From the IMG/VR virus record IMGVR_UViG_3300025084_000007, positions 47,932 to 111,931 of that record: DNA of 64,000 nucleotides, one strand, 5' to 3'. Of the stretch, positions 10,048 to 20,264 are shown piece by piece. This DNA comes from a virus. Position numbers and translations under genes: made by a program. Every line of letters starts with the position of its first letter. The stretch's first letter is position 1. Under the pieces are notes generated by a model. The model had not been told where the DNA came from. It saw only the letters and a program-made list of their open reading frames with translations, and did not search any database.

Positions 10048-12300
10048 ATGGCAGTCAATCAATCCTCGCCAGGGGTAGTCATTCAGGAAAGAGACCTGAC
10101 GACAATCACTTCACTATCAAGCGCAAACGTTGGAGTTCTTGCAGCACCATTTGAACTTGGTCCAGTAGAAGAGATTGTAAACATCTCTACCGAAAGAGAA
10201 TTAGTTGAGCAATTTGGTAAGCCAAATGACTACAACTACGAGTACTGGTACACTGCTGCTCAGTATTTGAACTACGGTGGCATCCTTAAGACCGTTCGTG
10301 TCAACTCGACCGCTTTGAAAAATGCAGTTGATACAGGTTCTGCTCCCCTGATTAAAAATCTTACAGATTATGAAACCACTATTGAAAATGCAAACAACAC
10401 TTGGTCTTGGGCAGCAAAAACTGCAGGAACCAAAGGTAATTCTATCGGTGTCTTCGTAACTGATGCTGGTGCTGACCAGATTGCAGTTATTCCTGCTCCA
10501 GGTTCAGGTAATGAGTTTGAGTTTGTTAACGACGCTGCAGTAACTGCTGCTTCTGGTGCTGCTGGTAAAGTCTTCAAGTATAGTATTGTATTAACTGTCA
10601 CATCTGTTGTTGGCGACTTCGTTCCTGGCACTAGTACAACTGTTGCCATTTCTGGTTCTAACGAGACTGTTAATGTTCTTGCTTGGGATCCTGCTAACAA
10701 AAAACTGGAAATCGGTCTTCCTGCTGGTGGTGTAACTGGTATCATTGCTGATGCACAAGTTGTAACTCAGGGCACTAATACTGCTGAAGTTGCTACTGCT
10801 GGCATCGAACGCAGATTGTATGTTGCCAAGAATAAGGATAGCATCGACTTTGCTGCTGCAGATAGCATCGAAGATACAAACAGCAACGCTGCTGTTATTA
10901 CTTCCGTTCGTGGTGAGTATGATGAGCGTGAGTATCTGCCTGGTGTAAAGTGGATCAACACTGCTGCTCGTCCTGGTACTTCCCAGTGGACAACTACTGC
11001 TGGTGGTTTCCGTGATGAGATGCACGTCTTAGTTATTGACATTGACGGTGCTATCACAGGAACAGCAGGTGCTCTTCTTGAGCGTTTCATTGGTGTTTCC
11101 AAAGCATCGGATGCCAAAACTTCTGTTGGTGAGACCAACTATTATGCAGAAGTTATCAAGCAGCGTTCAGCGTATATCTACTGGGGTGAGCACGAGACCA
11201 CATTGTTCTCTGCAGGCGCAAGTGCTTCCGATGGTACTTGGGGTTTAGCAGCATCTTCTCGTCAGTTTAATCTGGTGCGTTCCGTTGCTGGTACAACAGA
11301 CTATCCTGCTGGTCGCACAACAATTGGTTCTGCTAGCAATGCTACCGCATACTATCGTCTTGCCAATGGTGCTGACTATACACTATCTGGTGGTACATAT
11401 TCAGTCGCCAACAGCGATCTTGCTACTTCATACGAATTAATTGCTGATCCAGAATCACAGACTGTTGACTTCATCTTGGCAGGTCCTTCTGGTGCTGATG
11501 ATCCCTCCGCTATTGCCAAGGTTACTTCATTGGTTAATATCGTTGAAGAGCGTCGTGACTGCATGGTATTTGTTTCTCCTCGTAGAGGAAATGTCATTGG
11601 AGTTTCTAACTCTACAACTGCAACATCAAATATCATCGATTTCTTCGATCAACTGCCTTCCTCCTCTTACGCAGTATATGATTCTGGTTATAAGTACATC
11701 TACGATAAGTACAATGATGTTTATCGTTATGTCCCTTGTAACGGTGACGTTGCTGGTCTTTGCTTACAGACAACTGAAGTCGCAGAACCTTGGTTCTCAC
11801 CTGCTGGTTTCCAGCGTGGTAACTTGAGAAATGCAATCAAACTTGCATATACTCCTAACAAGACTCAACGCGACCGTTTGTATTCTGCTCGTGTCAATCC
11901 GATCGTTTCTTTCCCTGGTCAGGGCGTAGTTCTTTACGGTGATAAGACTGCACAAGGTTTCGCTTCTGCATTCGATCGTATCAATGTTCGTCGCTTGTTC
12001 CTCACGATTGAGCGTGTAATCAGCGGTGCTGCTAAGGCACAACTGTTTGAACAGAACGATGAGTCACAACGCGCATTGTTCCTGAACATTGTCGAACCTT
12101 ATCTTCGCGATGTTCAAGGTCGTCGTGGTGTAACTGACTTCTTGGTTAAGTGCGACACTCAGAACAATCCTCCCGAATCTGTTGATCGCGGTGAGTTCTA
12201 TGCTGAGATCTTCGTCAAGCCCACACGCACTATTAACTACATCACACTAACATTCGTTGCCACCAGAACTGGTGTTGCATTCAACGAAGTTGCTTCCTGA
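10048..12300 (+). CDS. gp18: tail sheath protein gp18
   Basis: SPGVVIQERDLT, PWFSPAG and FDRINVRRLF motifs. Confidence 0.98.
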   Translation: MAVNQSSPGVVIQERDLTTITSLSSANVGVLAAPFELGPVEEIVNISTERELVEQFGKPNDYNYEYWYTAAQYLNYGGILKTVRVNSTALKNAVDTGSAPLIKNLTDYETTIENANNTWSWAAKTAGTKGNSIGVFVTDAGADQIAVIPAPGSGNEFEFVNDAAVTAASGAAGKVFKYSIVLTVTSVVGDFVPGTSTTVAISGSNETVNVLAWDPANKKLEIGLPAGGVTGIIADAQVVTQGTNTAEVATAGIERRLYVAKNKDSIDFAAADSIEDTNSNAAVITSVRGEYDEREYLPGVKWINTAARPGTSQWTTTAGGFRDEMHVLVIDIDGAITGTAGALLERFIGVSKASDAKTSVGETNYYAEVIKQRSAYIYWGEHETTLFSAGASASDGTWGLAASSRQFNLVRSVAGTTDYPAGRTTIGSASNATAYYRLANGADYTLSGGTYSVANSDLATSYELIADPESQTVDFILAGPSGADDPSAIAKVTSLVNIVEERRDCMVFVSPRRGNVIGVSNSTTATSNIIDFFDQLPSSSYAVYDSGYKYIYDKYNDVYRYVPCNGDVAGLCLQTTEVAEPWFSPAGFQRGNLRNAIKLAYTPNKTQRDRLYSARVNPIVSFPGQGVVLYGDKTAQGFASAFDRINVRRLFLTIERVISGAAKAQLFEQNDESQRALFLNIVEPYLRDVQGRRGVTDFLVKCDTQNNPPESVDRGEFYAEIFVKPTRTINYITLTFVATRTGVAFNEVAS

Positions 12301-12317
12301 TAATAGTTAACATAACT

Positions 12318-12344
12318 AAGAGACCTTACGGGGTCTCTTTTTTT
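12318..12344 (+). terminator. Rho-independent terminator after gp18
   Basis: AAGAGACCT-TACG-GGGTCTCTT followed by a T run. Confidence 0.85.
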
Positions 12345-12402
12345 GTCTGAAAATATGATTTGTAATAAATACTAGGGACAGAGACACCTGAGCAAAAAAA
12401 CA

Positions 12403-12978
12403 ATGGCAAAAAGAGGAACTATTGACGATTTTAAAGCAAATGTCGCTTCGGACTTTGCGCGTCCTAATCTATTCCAAGTAGACTTAAACTTCCCACAAGG
12501 AATCATTAACAATTCTAGTCTGATTGAACTTGGTAAGTTCACTGTTCGTGCAGCGAATCTTCCCTCTTCCCAGATCGGTGTTATTGAAGTTCCTTTCAGA
12601 GGAAGAGTCCTGAAGATTGCAGGCGACAGAACGTTTGAACCATGGACCATTACCGTTCAGAACGATAGTCAGTTTGTTCTGCGTGATGCATTTGAACTTT
12701 GGGCATCCAGCATTCAAGCATACAACGAAAACTTCACTCAAGCAGGTGGTCTCGGAGATGCTGATGATGCTACTGGATACTTCGCTGACATGACTGTTCA
12801 TCAGTTAGCACGCGATATCAAAGATGGAGAGTCCCCCAAGATTCTTAAGTCTTACAGATTCTACAATGTATTCCCAAGTGCAATCGCTGCTATCGATCTT
12901 GACTTCGGTAACAACGATGCTATTGAAGAGTTCACTGTTGAACTTCAGACTCAGTACTGGACTCCTGTACAGGGTTGA
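12403..12978 (+). CDS. gp19: tail tube protein gp19
   Basis: ARPNLF, FRGRVLKIAGDRTF and IEEFTVE motifs. Confidence 0.96.
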   Translation: MAKRGTIDDFKANVASDFARPNLFQVDLNFPQGIINNSSLIELGKFTVRAANLPSSQIGVIEVPFRGRVLKIAGDRTFEPWTITVQNDSQFVLRDAFELWASSIQAYNENFTQAGGLGDADDATGYFADMTVHQLARDIKDGESPKILKSYRFYNVFPSAIAAIDLDFGNNDAIEEFTVELQTQYWTPVQG

Positions 12979-13023
12979 TTGAATCCTTGATAAATAGAAC
13001 AGGACCAGTTACTTAGAAATATA

Positions 13024-14628
13024 ATGTCTCAGCTCTTCGGTTTTTCACTGGAAAGAGCAAAGAAGGTCCCCAAGGGGCCTTCTTTTGTTCAAAAAGATAG
13101 TATGGATGGTTCGCAACCTATTGTAGGTGGCGGATATTATGGATATTCCGTTGATTTTGATGGTGTTGTTCGTAATGATTATGAACTCATTTCTCGCTAC
13201 AGAGAAATGGTAATGCAACCAGAATGTGATAGTGCAGTTGACGATATTGTCAACGAAACTATTTGCGGTAACTTTGATGATGTACCAGTAGAGGTTGAAC
13301 TCTCCAACCTTAAGGCGTCGGATAAAATTAAAAAACTAATTAGAGAAGAGTTTGAAACTATTCTCAGTTTACTAGACTTTGAAAATCGTTCCTATGAAAT
13401 TTTTCGTAGGTGGTATGTAGACGGAAGACTTTTTTATCATAAAGTAATCGACCCCAAGAATCCTGCTGGTGGTCTTGCCGAATTGCGATATATCGATCCT
13501 CGCAAAATCCGTAAGGTCACTGAGTATGAGCAGAAGAAACCCGATCAAATGCGTGGGTCTGATTTAAATCAGCAACTGACACAAAAGGCAGCAGAGTATT
13601 TTCTATACAATCCAAAGGGATTAAAGAATTCTACAAATCAGGGTATGAAAATTACCACTGATTCTGTCACCTATTGCCACTCAGGTATTCAAGACCTGAA
13701 CAAATCTATGACTCTTAGTCACCTTCACAAGGCGATCAAAGCAGTCAACCAACTGAGAATGATTGAAGATTCTCTGGTTATCTATCGTTTGAGTAGAGCA
13801 CCCGAGCGTCGTATTTTTTATATTGACGTTGGTAATCTTCCCAAGAATAAAGCGGAACAATATCTTCGCGAAGTTATGGGACGCTATCGTAACAAAATGG
13901 TTTACGATGCAAACACTGGTGAGATTAAAGACGACAAGAAGTTTATGTCCATGATGGAAGACTTCTGGTTACCTAGACGCGAAGGTGGTCGTGGTACAGA
14001 AATCTCCACACTCCCTGGTGGTCAGAATCTTGGTGAACTTGAGGATGTAAAGTACTTCCAGAAGAAACTTTATAAGGCACTCAATGTTCCTTCCTCTCGT
14101 TTAGAAACAGAAACGACTTTTAATATTGGTCGTGCTGCTGAAATTACTCGTGATGAAGTTAAGTTCCAGAAGTTTATCGCTCGTCTTCGCAAGCGTTTCT
14201 CAGAACTCTTTACAGATCTTTTAAAAACACAACTCATTCTTAAGGGCGTCATGTCTCTTGAAGAATGGGAAGAGATGAAGAATCACATTCAGTTTGACTT
14301 CATTGCTGATAATTACTTCACTGAACTAAAAGAGATTGAAATCCGCAACGAAAGGATGAACCAAGTTGCTGCTATGGATGCTTATGTTGGTAAGTATTTC
14401 TCTGTAGAATATATGCGTCGTCAGGTTCTGAAGCAAACAGACATTGAGATTAAGGAGATTGATGAACAAATCGCCGCTGAAATGGAAGCAGGTATTATTG
14501 CTGATCCTATGGCGGAAATGGATCCTGCTATGGATGCTGGCGGTGAAGGTGCCCCAGCAGCAGAAGTAGATCCAAATGCACAGGAATCTTCTGTTGATCC
14601 TGGAGATGTCCGCAGAGGAGAATTTTAA
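13024..14628 (+). CDS. gp20: portal protein gp20
   Basis: RAPERRIFYIDVGNLPK and EDFWLPRREGGRGTEI motifs. Confidence 0.98.
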   Translation: MSQLFGFSLERAKKVPKGPSFVQKDSMDGSQPIVGGGYYGYSVDFDGVVRNDYELISRYREMVMQPECDSAVDDIVNETICGNFDDVPVEVELSNLKASDKIKKLIREEFETILSLLDFENRSYEIFRRWYVDGRLFYHKVIDPKNPAGGLAELRYIDPRKIRKVTEYEQKKPDQMRGSDLNQQLTQKAAEYFLYNPKGLKNSTNQGMKITTDSVTYCHSGIQDLNKSMTLSHLHKAIKAVNQLRMIEDSLVIYRLSRAPERRIFYIDVGNLPKNKAEQYLREVMGRYRNKMVYDANTGEIKDDKKFMSMMEDFWLPRREGGRGTEISTLPGGQNLGELEDVKYFQKKLYKALNVPSSRLETETTFNIGRAAEITRDEVKFQKFIARLRKRFSELFTDLLKTQLILKGVMSLEEWEEMKNHIQFDFIADNYFTELKEIEIRNERMNQVAAMDAYVGKYFSVEYMRRQVLKQTDIEIKEIDEQIAAEMEAGIIADPMAEMDPAMDAGGEGAPAAEVDPNAQESSVDPGDVRRGEF

Positions 14629-14661
14629 TTAACTAAATAATACTAATAATGGATACTTATT

Positions 14662-14985
14662 ATGCCGAGTGATATTGCAAACCAAATAGTTCAGCAAATT
14701 TTTAGTGATGACAAAGCGAAAGCAATTGACTCCATTAATGACGCTTTAGCATCTTCAACGTATGATGCTATTCAAGCACAAAAAGTTCAGTATGCTCAGA
14801 GTATGGGTTTTGAGTTAGATCAAACCGCGCAGGATTCAGCAGATGAAATCGCTGATAGTTTGCCAGACGGTTCTGAGAATGCTCAAGATGTTGAAGTTGA
14901 TGGGCGTATGCCGCATGAACCCCCTACTGATGAATTAGAACAACCTGTAGAAACCCCCGAAGAAGACAATGAAACTGATAGCTGA
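14662..14985 (+). CDS. acidic prohead core-like protein (gp67 position)
   Basis: Acidic small ORF between gp20 and gp21. Confidence 0.6.
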   Translation: MPSDIANQIVQQIFSDDKAKAIDSINDALASSTYDAIQAQKVQYAQSMGFELDQTAQDSADEIADSLPDGSENAQDVEVDGRMPHEPPTDELEQPVETPEEDNETDS

Positions 14986-15613
14986 AGAAATTACTCAAGT
15001 AGATTTTCTCTGCGAAGAGAAAGAAGGCAAGAAGAATTACTTCATCGAAGGTATCTTCTTACAGGCAGAACTGCAGAACCGCAATGGTCGCATGTATAAA
15101 TTACCAACTTTACAACGTGAAGTTGCTAAATACAGCGAGAACTATATTCAAAAAGGGCGTGCTCTTGGAGAATTAGGTCACCCCGATGGTCCTTCCATCA
15201 ATCTTGATAGGGTGTCACATAAGATTGAATCTCTCAAAGAAGATGGAAACAACTTCATTGGTAGAGCAAAAATCCTTGATACCCCCATGGGTAATATTGC
15301 AAAGAACCTTCTTTCTGAAGGCGTCAGTCTTGGCGTTTCCTCTAGAGGCATGGGTTCTTTAGTCAAAAAAGAGGGTTGCAATGTCGTCGCAGATGACTTT
15401 ATGCTTGCAACCGCTGCAGATATTGTAGCAGATCCATCTGCTCCCGATGCATTTGTAGACGGTATTATGGAAGGAAAAGAGTGGGTTTGGGACAATGGCA
15501 TTCTCAAAGAGTCTGCTATTGCCGAGATCAAAACTCAAATTGATCAAGCAACTATTATCAATCTGCAGGAGCGTAAAATCTCCGCGTTTGCAGCATTTTT
15601 AAAGAGTTTGTGA
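14969..15613 (+). CDS. gp21: prohead protease gp21
   Basis: ALGELGHP, GVSSRGMGS and DIVADPSAPDAFV motifs. Confidence 0.97.
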   Translation: MKLIAEEITQVDFLCEEKEGKKNYFIEGIFLQAELQNRNGRMYKLPTLQREVAKYSENYIQKGRALGELGHPDGPSINLDRVSHKIESLKEDGNNFIGRAKILDTPMGNIAKNLLSEGVSLGVSSRGMGSLVKKEGCNVVADDFMLATAADIVADPSAPDAFVDGIMEGKEWVWDNGILKESAIAEIKTQIDQATIINLQERKISAFAAFLKSL

Positions 15614-15662
15614 TTTATAAATAATAAAAGATAACGCTACTATGCATAACGGAGAATATCAA

Positions 15663-16685
15663 ATGTCTGAGACCCTCGACAAAAACTTAGATAATATGGA
15701 GTCTGTGACCGAAGGTTCCAACGCAGTTACTAAAGATGCTAAACCTGGCGAGAAGATTGATACTTCTGGCAATGGAAATGCACCTTGCGTAGTTGATGTT
15801 ACCTCGGATTCTGAAGAAGGCGCTAAAGGAACTAAGAACGCAGGCAAGTCTGCAGCAGCACCTGTAGGTAAAGCACCTGTTCCAAGCACTAAGCCAAGTG
15901 ACGCATCTGCTAAAATGGAGGAAACGGAAAGTGAAGAAGAAGTCCTCGCTGAAACCGACCTCGACTTTACTGAAGATGTTGACGCTCTTGTCGCTGGTGA
16001 AGACCTCTCAGAAGAGTTCCGTTTAAAAGCAGCAACAATCTTTGAAGCAGCTGTAACCAGTCGTGTTAACAAAGAAGCAGCAGCTTTACAAGAAGCGTAT
16101 GAATCAACGCTGACTGAAGAAGTCGAAAAGATTCAAACAGAATTGGCCGAGAAGGTTGACGATTACCTCACTTATGCCGCTGAATCCTGGATGAAAGAGA
16201 ATGCTCTCCAGGTTGAGCATGGCATTAAGACTGAGATGGCAGAGTCATTCTTCAACGGTCTAAAAGGTCTTTTCCTTGAGCATAACTTTAGCGTGCCCGA
16301 GGAAAAATTCAACATGCTTGATGGCATGGTTGGAGAAATTGATGAAATGGAAGCTAAACTCAACGAGCAAATCGACACTAATATTGCTTTGAACAAGCGT
16401 ATTGGTGAGTTTGTAAAAATGGAAATTGTGAACGAATGCGCTACTGGTCTTGCCGAAACCCAAAAGGAAAGGCTTCACCAATTAGCAGAGGGTGTTGAGT
16501 TTGAAACTGAAGAAGACTTTCAACAGAAGGTCGAAACGATCAAGGAATCCTACTTCACTAGAAAGGCTGAACTTGCAGAATCTGTAGGCGACCCCACTGA
16601 AGAAGCATCGGCTCCCCTTGTCGAAGAAACAACTAGCGGCTCAATGTCGAAATACGTTGATGCAATTGCTCGTTGGTCTAAATAA
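15663..16685 (+). CDS. gp22: prohead core scaffold gp22
   Basis: LSEEFRLKAATIFEAAV and KVDDYLTY motifs; GGAG RBS before ATG 15663. Confidence 0.95.
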   Translation: MSETLDKNLDNMESVTEGSNAVTKDAKPGEKIDTSGNGNAPCVVDVTSDSEEGAKGTKNAGKSAAAPVGKAPVPSTKPSDASAKMEETESEEEVLAETDLDFTEDVDALVAGEDLSEEFRLKAATIFEAAVTSRVNKEAAALQEAYESTLTEEVEKIQTELAEKVDDYLTYAAESWMKENALQVEHGIKTEMAESFFNGLKGLFLEHNFSVPEEKFNMLDGMVGEIDEMEAKLNEQIDTNIALNKRIGEFVKMEIVNECATGLAETQKERLHQLAEGVEFETEEDFQQKVETIKESYFTRKAELAESVGDPTEEASAPLVEETTSGSMSKYVDAIARWSK

Positions 16686-16723
16686 TTAATTAACTTATTC
16701 TACTTTTTAATTCGGAGATACAA

Positions 16724-18097
16724 ATGTCTTTACGTCAACTCCAGGAGAAGTGGGCACCCGTTCTGAATCACGATGCTCTTCCAGAGATTCAAGATTCCCA
16801 CAAGCGCGGCGTCATCGCTCAACTCCTCGAAAACCAAGAGAGAGCACAAGTCGAAGAAGGTCAAATCCTTAACGAGACTCTACAAACAACTGGCTACACT
16901 GGTGCCAGCACAGCGACAGGTCCTGTTGCAGGTTTCGACCCTGTACTGATCAGCCTCATCCGTCGCTCCATGCCTCAGCTTATCGCTTATGATATTGCTG
17001 GTGTTCAACCAATGACTGGTCCTACTGGACTGATCTTCGCAATGCGTACCAACTATGGTTCCGAGCGCGATCCTAATGCTTCTGGTTACGATGAAGCATT
17101 CTTCAACGAGCCTAACGCTGGTTTCTCTGGCGGTCCTGGTGCATACGATCCTGGTGCGTCTGACGCAACCAACGATGCAGAAGGTAACAACCCTGCTCTC
17201 CTCAATGATGGTTCACCTGGAACCTATGAGTTGACTGGTGATGCTCAAGGCATGTCAACAGCAACCGTTGAGGGTCTTGATGACTCTGCAGCGAACACGG
17301 CATTCCGTGAGATGGGTTTCTCGATCGAGAAAGTCACTGTAACCGCCAAGGCACGCGCCCTGAAGGCTGAGTACAGCATCGAGATGGCACAAGACCTGAA
17401 GGCAATTCATGGTTTGGATGCTGAAACTGAACTGGCAAACATCCTCAGCACAGAGATCCTTGCTGAAATCAACCGCGAAGTCGTTCGTACTATCGTAGTT
17501 AACGCTGTTGCTGGTGCTCAGAACAATACCGCTACTGCTGGTATTTTCGACCTCGACGTTGACTCCAACGGTCGCTGGTCTGTTGAGAAGTTCAAAGGTC
17601 TTCTTTTCCAAATCGAAAGAGATGCTAACGCTATCGGTCAGCAAACTCGTCGCGGGAAAGGCAACATCCTGATCTGTTCTGCCGACGTTGCTTCTGCACT
17701 GGGCATGGCTGGTGTTCTTGACTACACCCCTGCTCTTGCTGGCAATAACGCCCTTACAGGTGTTGATGATACCTCCAGCACACTGGTTGGTACACTCAAC
17801 GGTCGTATCAAGGTCTATGTTGATCCTTACTCTGCAAACGTTGCAGACAAGCACTTCTATGTTGCTGGTTATAAGGGTACTTCACCTTATGACGCTGGTC
17901 TGTTCTATTGCCCATATGTTCCTCTTCAGCAGGTTCGTGCAATCAACCCTAACACCTTCCAACCAAAAATCGGTTTCAAGACTCGCTACGGCATGGTCTC
18001 GAACCCCTTCTCTGGTGGTCTTACCCAAGGCAGCGGTGCTCTTACCGCCAACGCCAACAAGTACTACCGTCGTGTACAGGTTGCCAACCTTATGTGA
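16724..18097 (+). CDS. gp23: major capsid protein gp23
   Basis: GVQPMTGPTGLIFAMR, ARALKAEYSIE and FQPKIGFKTRYG motifs. Confidence 0.99.
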   Translation: MSLRQLQEKWAPVLNHDALPEIQDSHKRGVIAQLLENQERAQVEEGQILNETLQTTGYTGASTATGPVAGFDPVLISLIRRSMPQLIAYDIAGVQPMTGPTGLIFAMRTNYGSERDPNASGYDEAFFNEPNAGFSGGPGAYDPGASDATNDAEGNNPALLNDGSPGTYELTGDAQGMSTATVEGLDDSAANTAFREMGFSIEKVTVTAKARALKAEYSIEMAQDLKAIHGLDAETELANILSTEILAEINREVVRTIVVNAVAGAQNNTATAGIFDLDVDSNGRWSVEKFKGLLFQIERDANAIGQQTRRGKGNILICSADVASALGMAGVLDYTPALAGNNALTGVDDTSSTLVGTLNGRIKVYVDPYSANVADKHFYVAGYKGTSPYDAGLFYCPYVPLQQVRAINPNTFQPKIGFKTRYGMVSNPFSGGLTQGSGALTANANKYYRRVQVANLM

Positions 18098-18137
18098 GTC
18101 AGGTTGTTGTGGGGCAGGATGTCCCACATGCCCTTTC

Positions 18138-18163
18138 AGACCTCCTACAAGGGGGTCTTTTTT
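18138..18163 (+). terminator. terminator after gp23
   Basis: AGACCTCCT-ACA-AGGGGGTCT followed by a T run. Confidence 0.8.
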
Positions 18164-18313
18164 ATGCCTAGGTATAAATTAGTAGGCAATAATATTCGTT
18201 GCATAAAGTTAGTATTTCCTGACAAACTAGTATAGATAGTATAGAATTACGAGGTGAACAAATGAACCCAAATTTCATTTATATTATGTACTGCAATCAC
18301 GAACGGAAAAACT

Positions 18314-18472
18314 ATGAACAACCTCGCTTCTAGAAATCAGTTATACGAATGGTCACACTTTGAGGATTCTATCGAATTAGAAAAAATAAACGATTACTAC
18401 GAATGCCTAATTGAATGTACAGATACACATCAAGCATCATGTAAAAGAATCTGCAAGGAAGTGCTTATGTAA
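18314..18472 (+). CDS. 52-aa Cys-rich protein (Cx3C-x7-Cx3C) resembling picocyanobacterial small proteins
   Basis: MNNLASRNQLYEWSH...NDYYECLIECTDTHQASCKRICKEVLM; read manually. Confidence 0.7.
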   Translation: MNNLASRNQLYEWSHFEDSIELEKINDYYECLIECTDTHQASCKRICKEVLM

Positions 18473-18508
18473 GTCATATACATACTATACCGTGTGAAGG
18501 AAGTGAAC

Positions 18509-18535
18509 GAGGTCTCTATTGGGACCTCTTTTTTT
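18509..18535 (+). terminator. Rho-independent terminator
   Basis: GAGGTCTC-TATT-GGGACCTC followed by T7. Confidence 0.8.
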
Positions 18536-18568
18536 GTACCTAAATATCTTTAGATAGAATGATTCATT

Positions 18569-19159
18569 ATGATTACCGATAGTAAATTTGAAGATTTCAT
18601 CGGCATCTTTGATACCGAATATGATACTTCAGATCTTATTGAGTATTGGGAGTACCAAAATAAATGTGGTGCTACCTTTAATCGAAAAGGATTGTTTGGT
18701 AAAGAACGAAAAGCACATGCAAGAATTGATAACAGTTTAGTTACTGAAGAGTTTATGCTCGATCACACTTGCGGTTATCAATATATGAGAGCATACAATG
18801 AAGTTATTTCTACTTGCTTAGGTAAGTACATTGATAAGTATGAACAACTTTTACATTATAGATATCAACAAGTTTATCTAAACGTGCAGAAAACTTTGCC
18901 TCAGCAAGGTTATCATGCTTGGCATGACGAGAGAGGATCGATGGGGTGTAATCGAAGGGTTGCAGCAACTATGATGTATCTCAATGATGTTGATGAGGGT
19001 GGAGAAACTGAGTTTTTATATCAATCTAAAAGATATAAACCAGTAAAGGGAAGAGTCCTTATTTGGCCAGCAGGTTATACTCATGTTCATAGAGGCAACC
19101 CTCCACTATCGGGCGAAAAATACATCGCCACTTCTTGGTTAGAAAACATAAACGCATAA
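18569..19159 (+). CDS. 2OG-Fe(II) oxygenase
   Basis: WHDE, YLNDVDEGGETEF and HVHRGNPPLSGEKYIATSW. Confidence 0.92.
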   Translation: MITDSKFEDFIGIFDTEYDTSDLIEYWEYQNKCGATFNRKGLFGKERKAHARIDNSLVTEEFMLDHTCGYQYMRAYNEVISTCLGKYIDKYEQLLHYRYQQVYLNVQKTLPQQGYHAWHDERGSMGCNRRVAATMMYLNDVDEGGETEFLYQSKRYKPVKGRVLIWPAGYTHVHRGNPPLSGEKYIATSWLENINA

Positions 19160-19160
19160 A

Positions 19161-19709
19161 ATGGCAAACTGGTACGACGATCAATTAACAAACAGAAACT
19201 TTTTGTCCCCCATCGGATTCATATTCGTTTTGGATAAGGCAAACAAGGTATCATTTCTGTGTCAAAAAGCAGAGATTCCACCTATTGCATTAGGAGATGT
19301 TCAGATTCCAACTAGAGGATTAGTTCCAATTCCTGTTGAAGGGAACATGCGTTATAACGATTTCACTATGGATTTTATCGTAGATGAAAACTTAGAAAAC
19401 TACATGCAGATCCATAACTGGATGCGTGGATTAGGTACTCCTCAAGAGTTGAAAGAAAGAAAACTTTGGAATGATAAGTATCAGAAAGACCCTACAAGAG
19501 ATGCAAGATTTTCAGATGCAACTCTTCAGGTTTTGAATAACAACAACATTGCAAACTTCGATGTTGTCTTTAAAGATATGTTCCCTGTAGAGTTATCTAC
19601 TCTATCATTTGATGTTACTGGTTCTGATAACGATTATTTTATTGCATCAGCAACATTCAAATATACTTTATATGAGATTAGAAACGTTAACAGTCAGACC
19701 AGACGATGA
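19161..19709 (+). CDS. gp3: tail completion protein gp3
   Basis: NRNFLSPIGF, FIVDENLENY and FSDATL motifs. Confidence 0.9.
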   Translation: MANWYDDQLTNRNFLSPIGFIFVLDKANKVSFLCQKAEIPPIALGDVQIPTRGLVPIPVEGNMRYNDFTMDFIVDENLENYMQIHNWMRGLGTPQELKERKLWNDKYQKDPTRDARFSDATLQVLNNNNIANFDVVFKDMFPVELSTLSFDVTGSDNDYFIASATFKYTLYEIRNVNSQTRR

Positions 19710-19873
19710 CTAGTTGGAAACATCGCGCTCTAGAAGACCCCAATTTAAAGTATAAGCACGCTAGAATTATTATTAATGGCCCAAAGTCCTTGTCTCAGGC
19801 ATGGATATTACAAGCAATGAAATTGAAGTATAGTTATGAATCTCGAATCGCTACAAGAAATGTGGAAGACTGA
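19706..19873 (+). CDS. 55-aa hypothetical protein
   Basis: ATGA overlap with gp3; MTSWKHRALEDP... Confidence 0.5.
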   Translation: MTSWKHRALEDPNLKYKHARIIINGPKSLSQAWILQAMKLKYSYESRIATRNVED

Positions 19874-20264
19874 TTCCGTATTGGATGATGATCTACATGA
19901 TAATGACTCTTTGAAAATTCCTCAACTCCATGCAAAATATATGGAGTATTACAATACTTTCTCACTTATGAAGAGTGAGAAAGAGATTGAGTTGAATCGG
20001 ATTACTAGAGAGAAATGGTTATATTACAAGGGAAAGGCACCTGCAGCAATCTACAAGGAGATGCCTTTTGATTTAAAACTTACAACTAAAGAAGAGATAT
20101 CAATGTTCATCGCTGCTGATGAGGACATTGGAAAGATTCAGTACAAGATAGGATATATAAGTCAAGTCCTATGTTTCCTGGATGGTGTGCTACGACAAAT
20201 TAACAATCGTAGTTTTCATATTAAAAATGCTATCGAGTGGAAAAGATTTCAATCTGGTATGTAA
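19836..20264 (+). CDS. uvsY: recombination mediator UvsY
   Basis: SLKIPQLHAKY, KWLYYKGKA and IKNAIEWKRF motifs. Confidence 0.92.
   Translation: MNLESLQEMWKTDSVLDDDLHDNDSLKIPQLHAKYMEYYNTFSLMKSEKEIELNRITREKWLYYKGKAPAAIYKEMPFDLKLTTKEEISMFIAADEDIGKIQYKIGYISQVLCFLDGVLRQINNRSFHIKNAIEWKRFQSGM

Noticed and set aside
10368-17854. Many long minus-strand and alternate-frame ORFs inside gp18-gp23 (for example 17255-17854)
   Set aside because: They are shadows of highly expressed genes with biased codon usage and lack an RBS or recognisable motifs.
18095-18128. UGA plus hairpin after gp23 read as a SECIS element
   Set aside because: The in-frame readthrough product is unremarkable and no selenocysteine machinery is evident; kept only as a recoding candidate.
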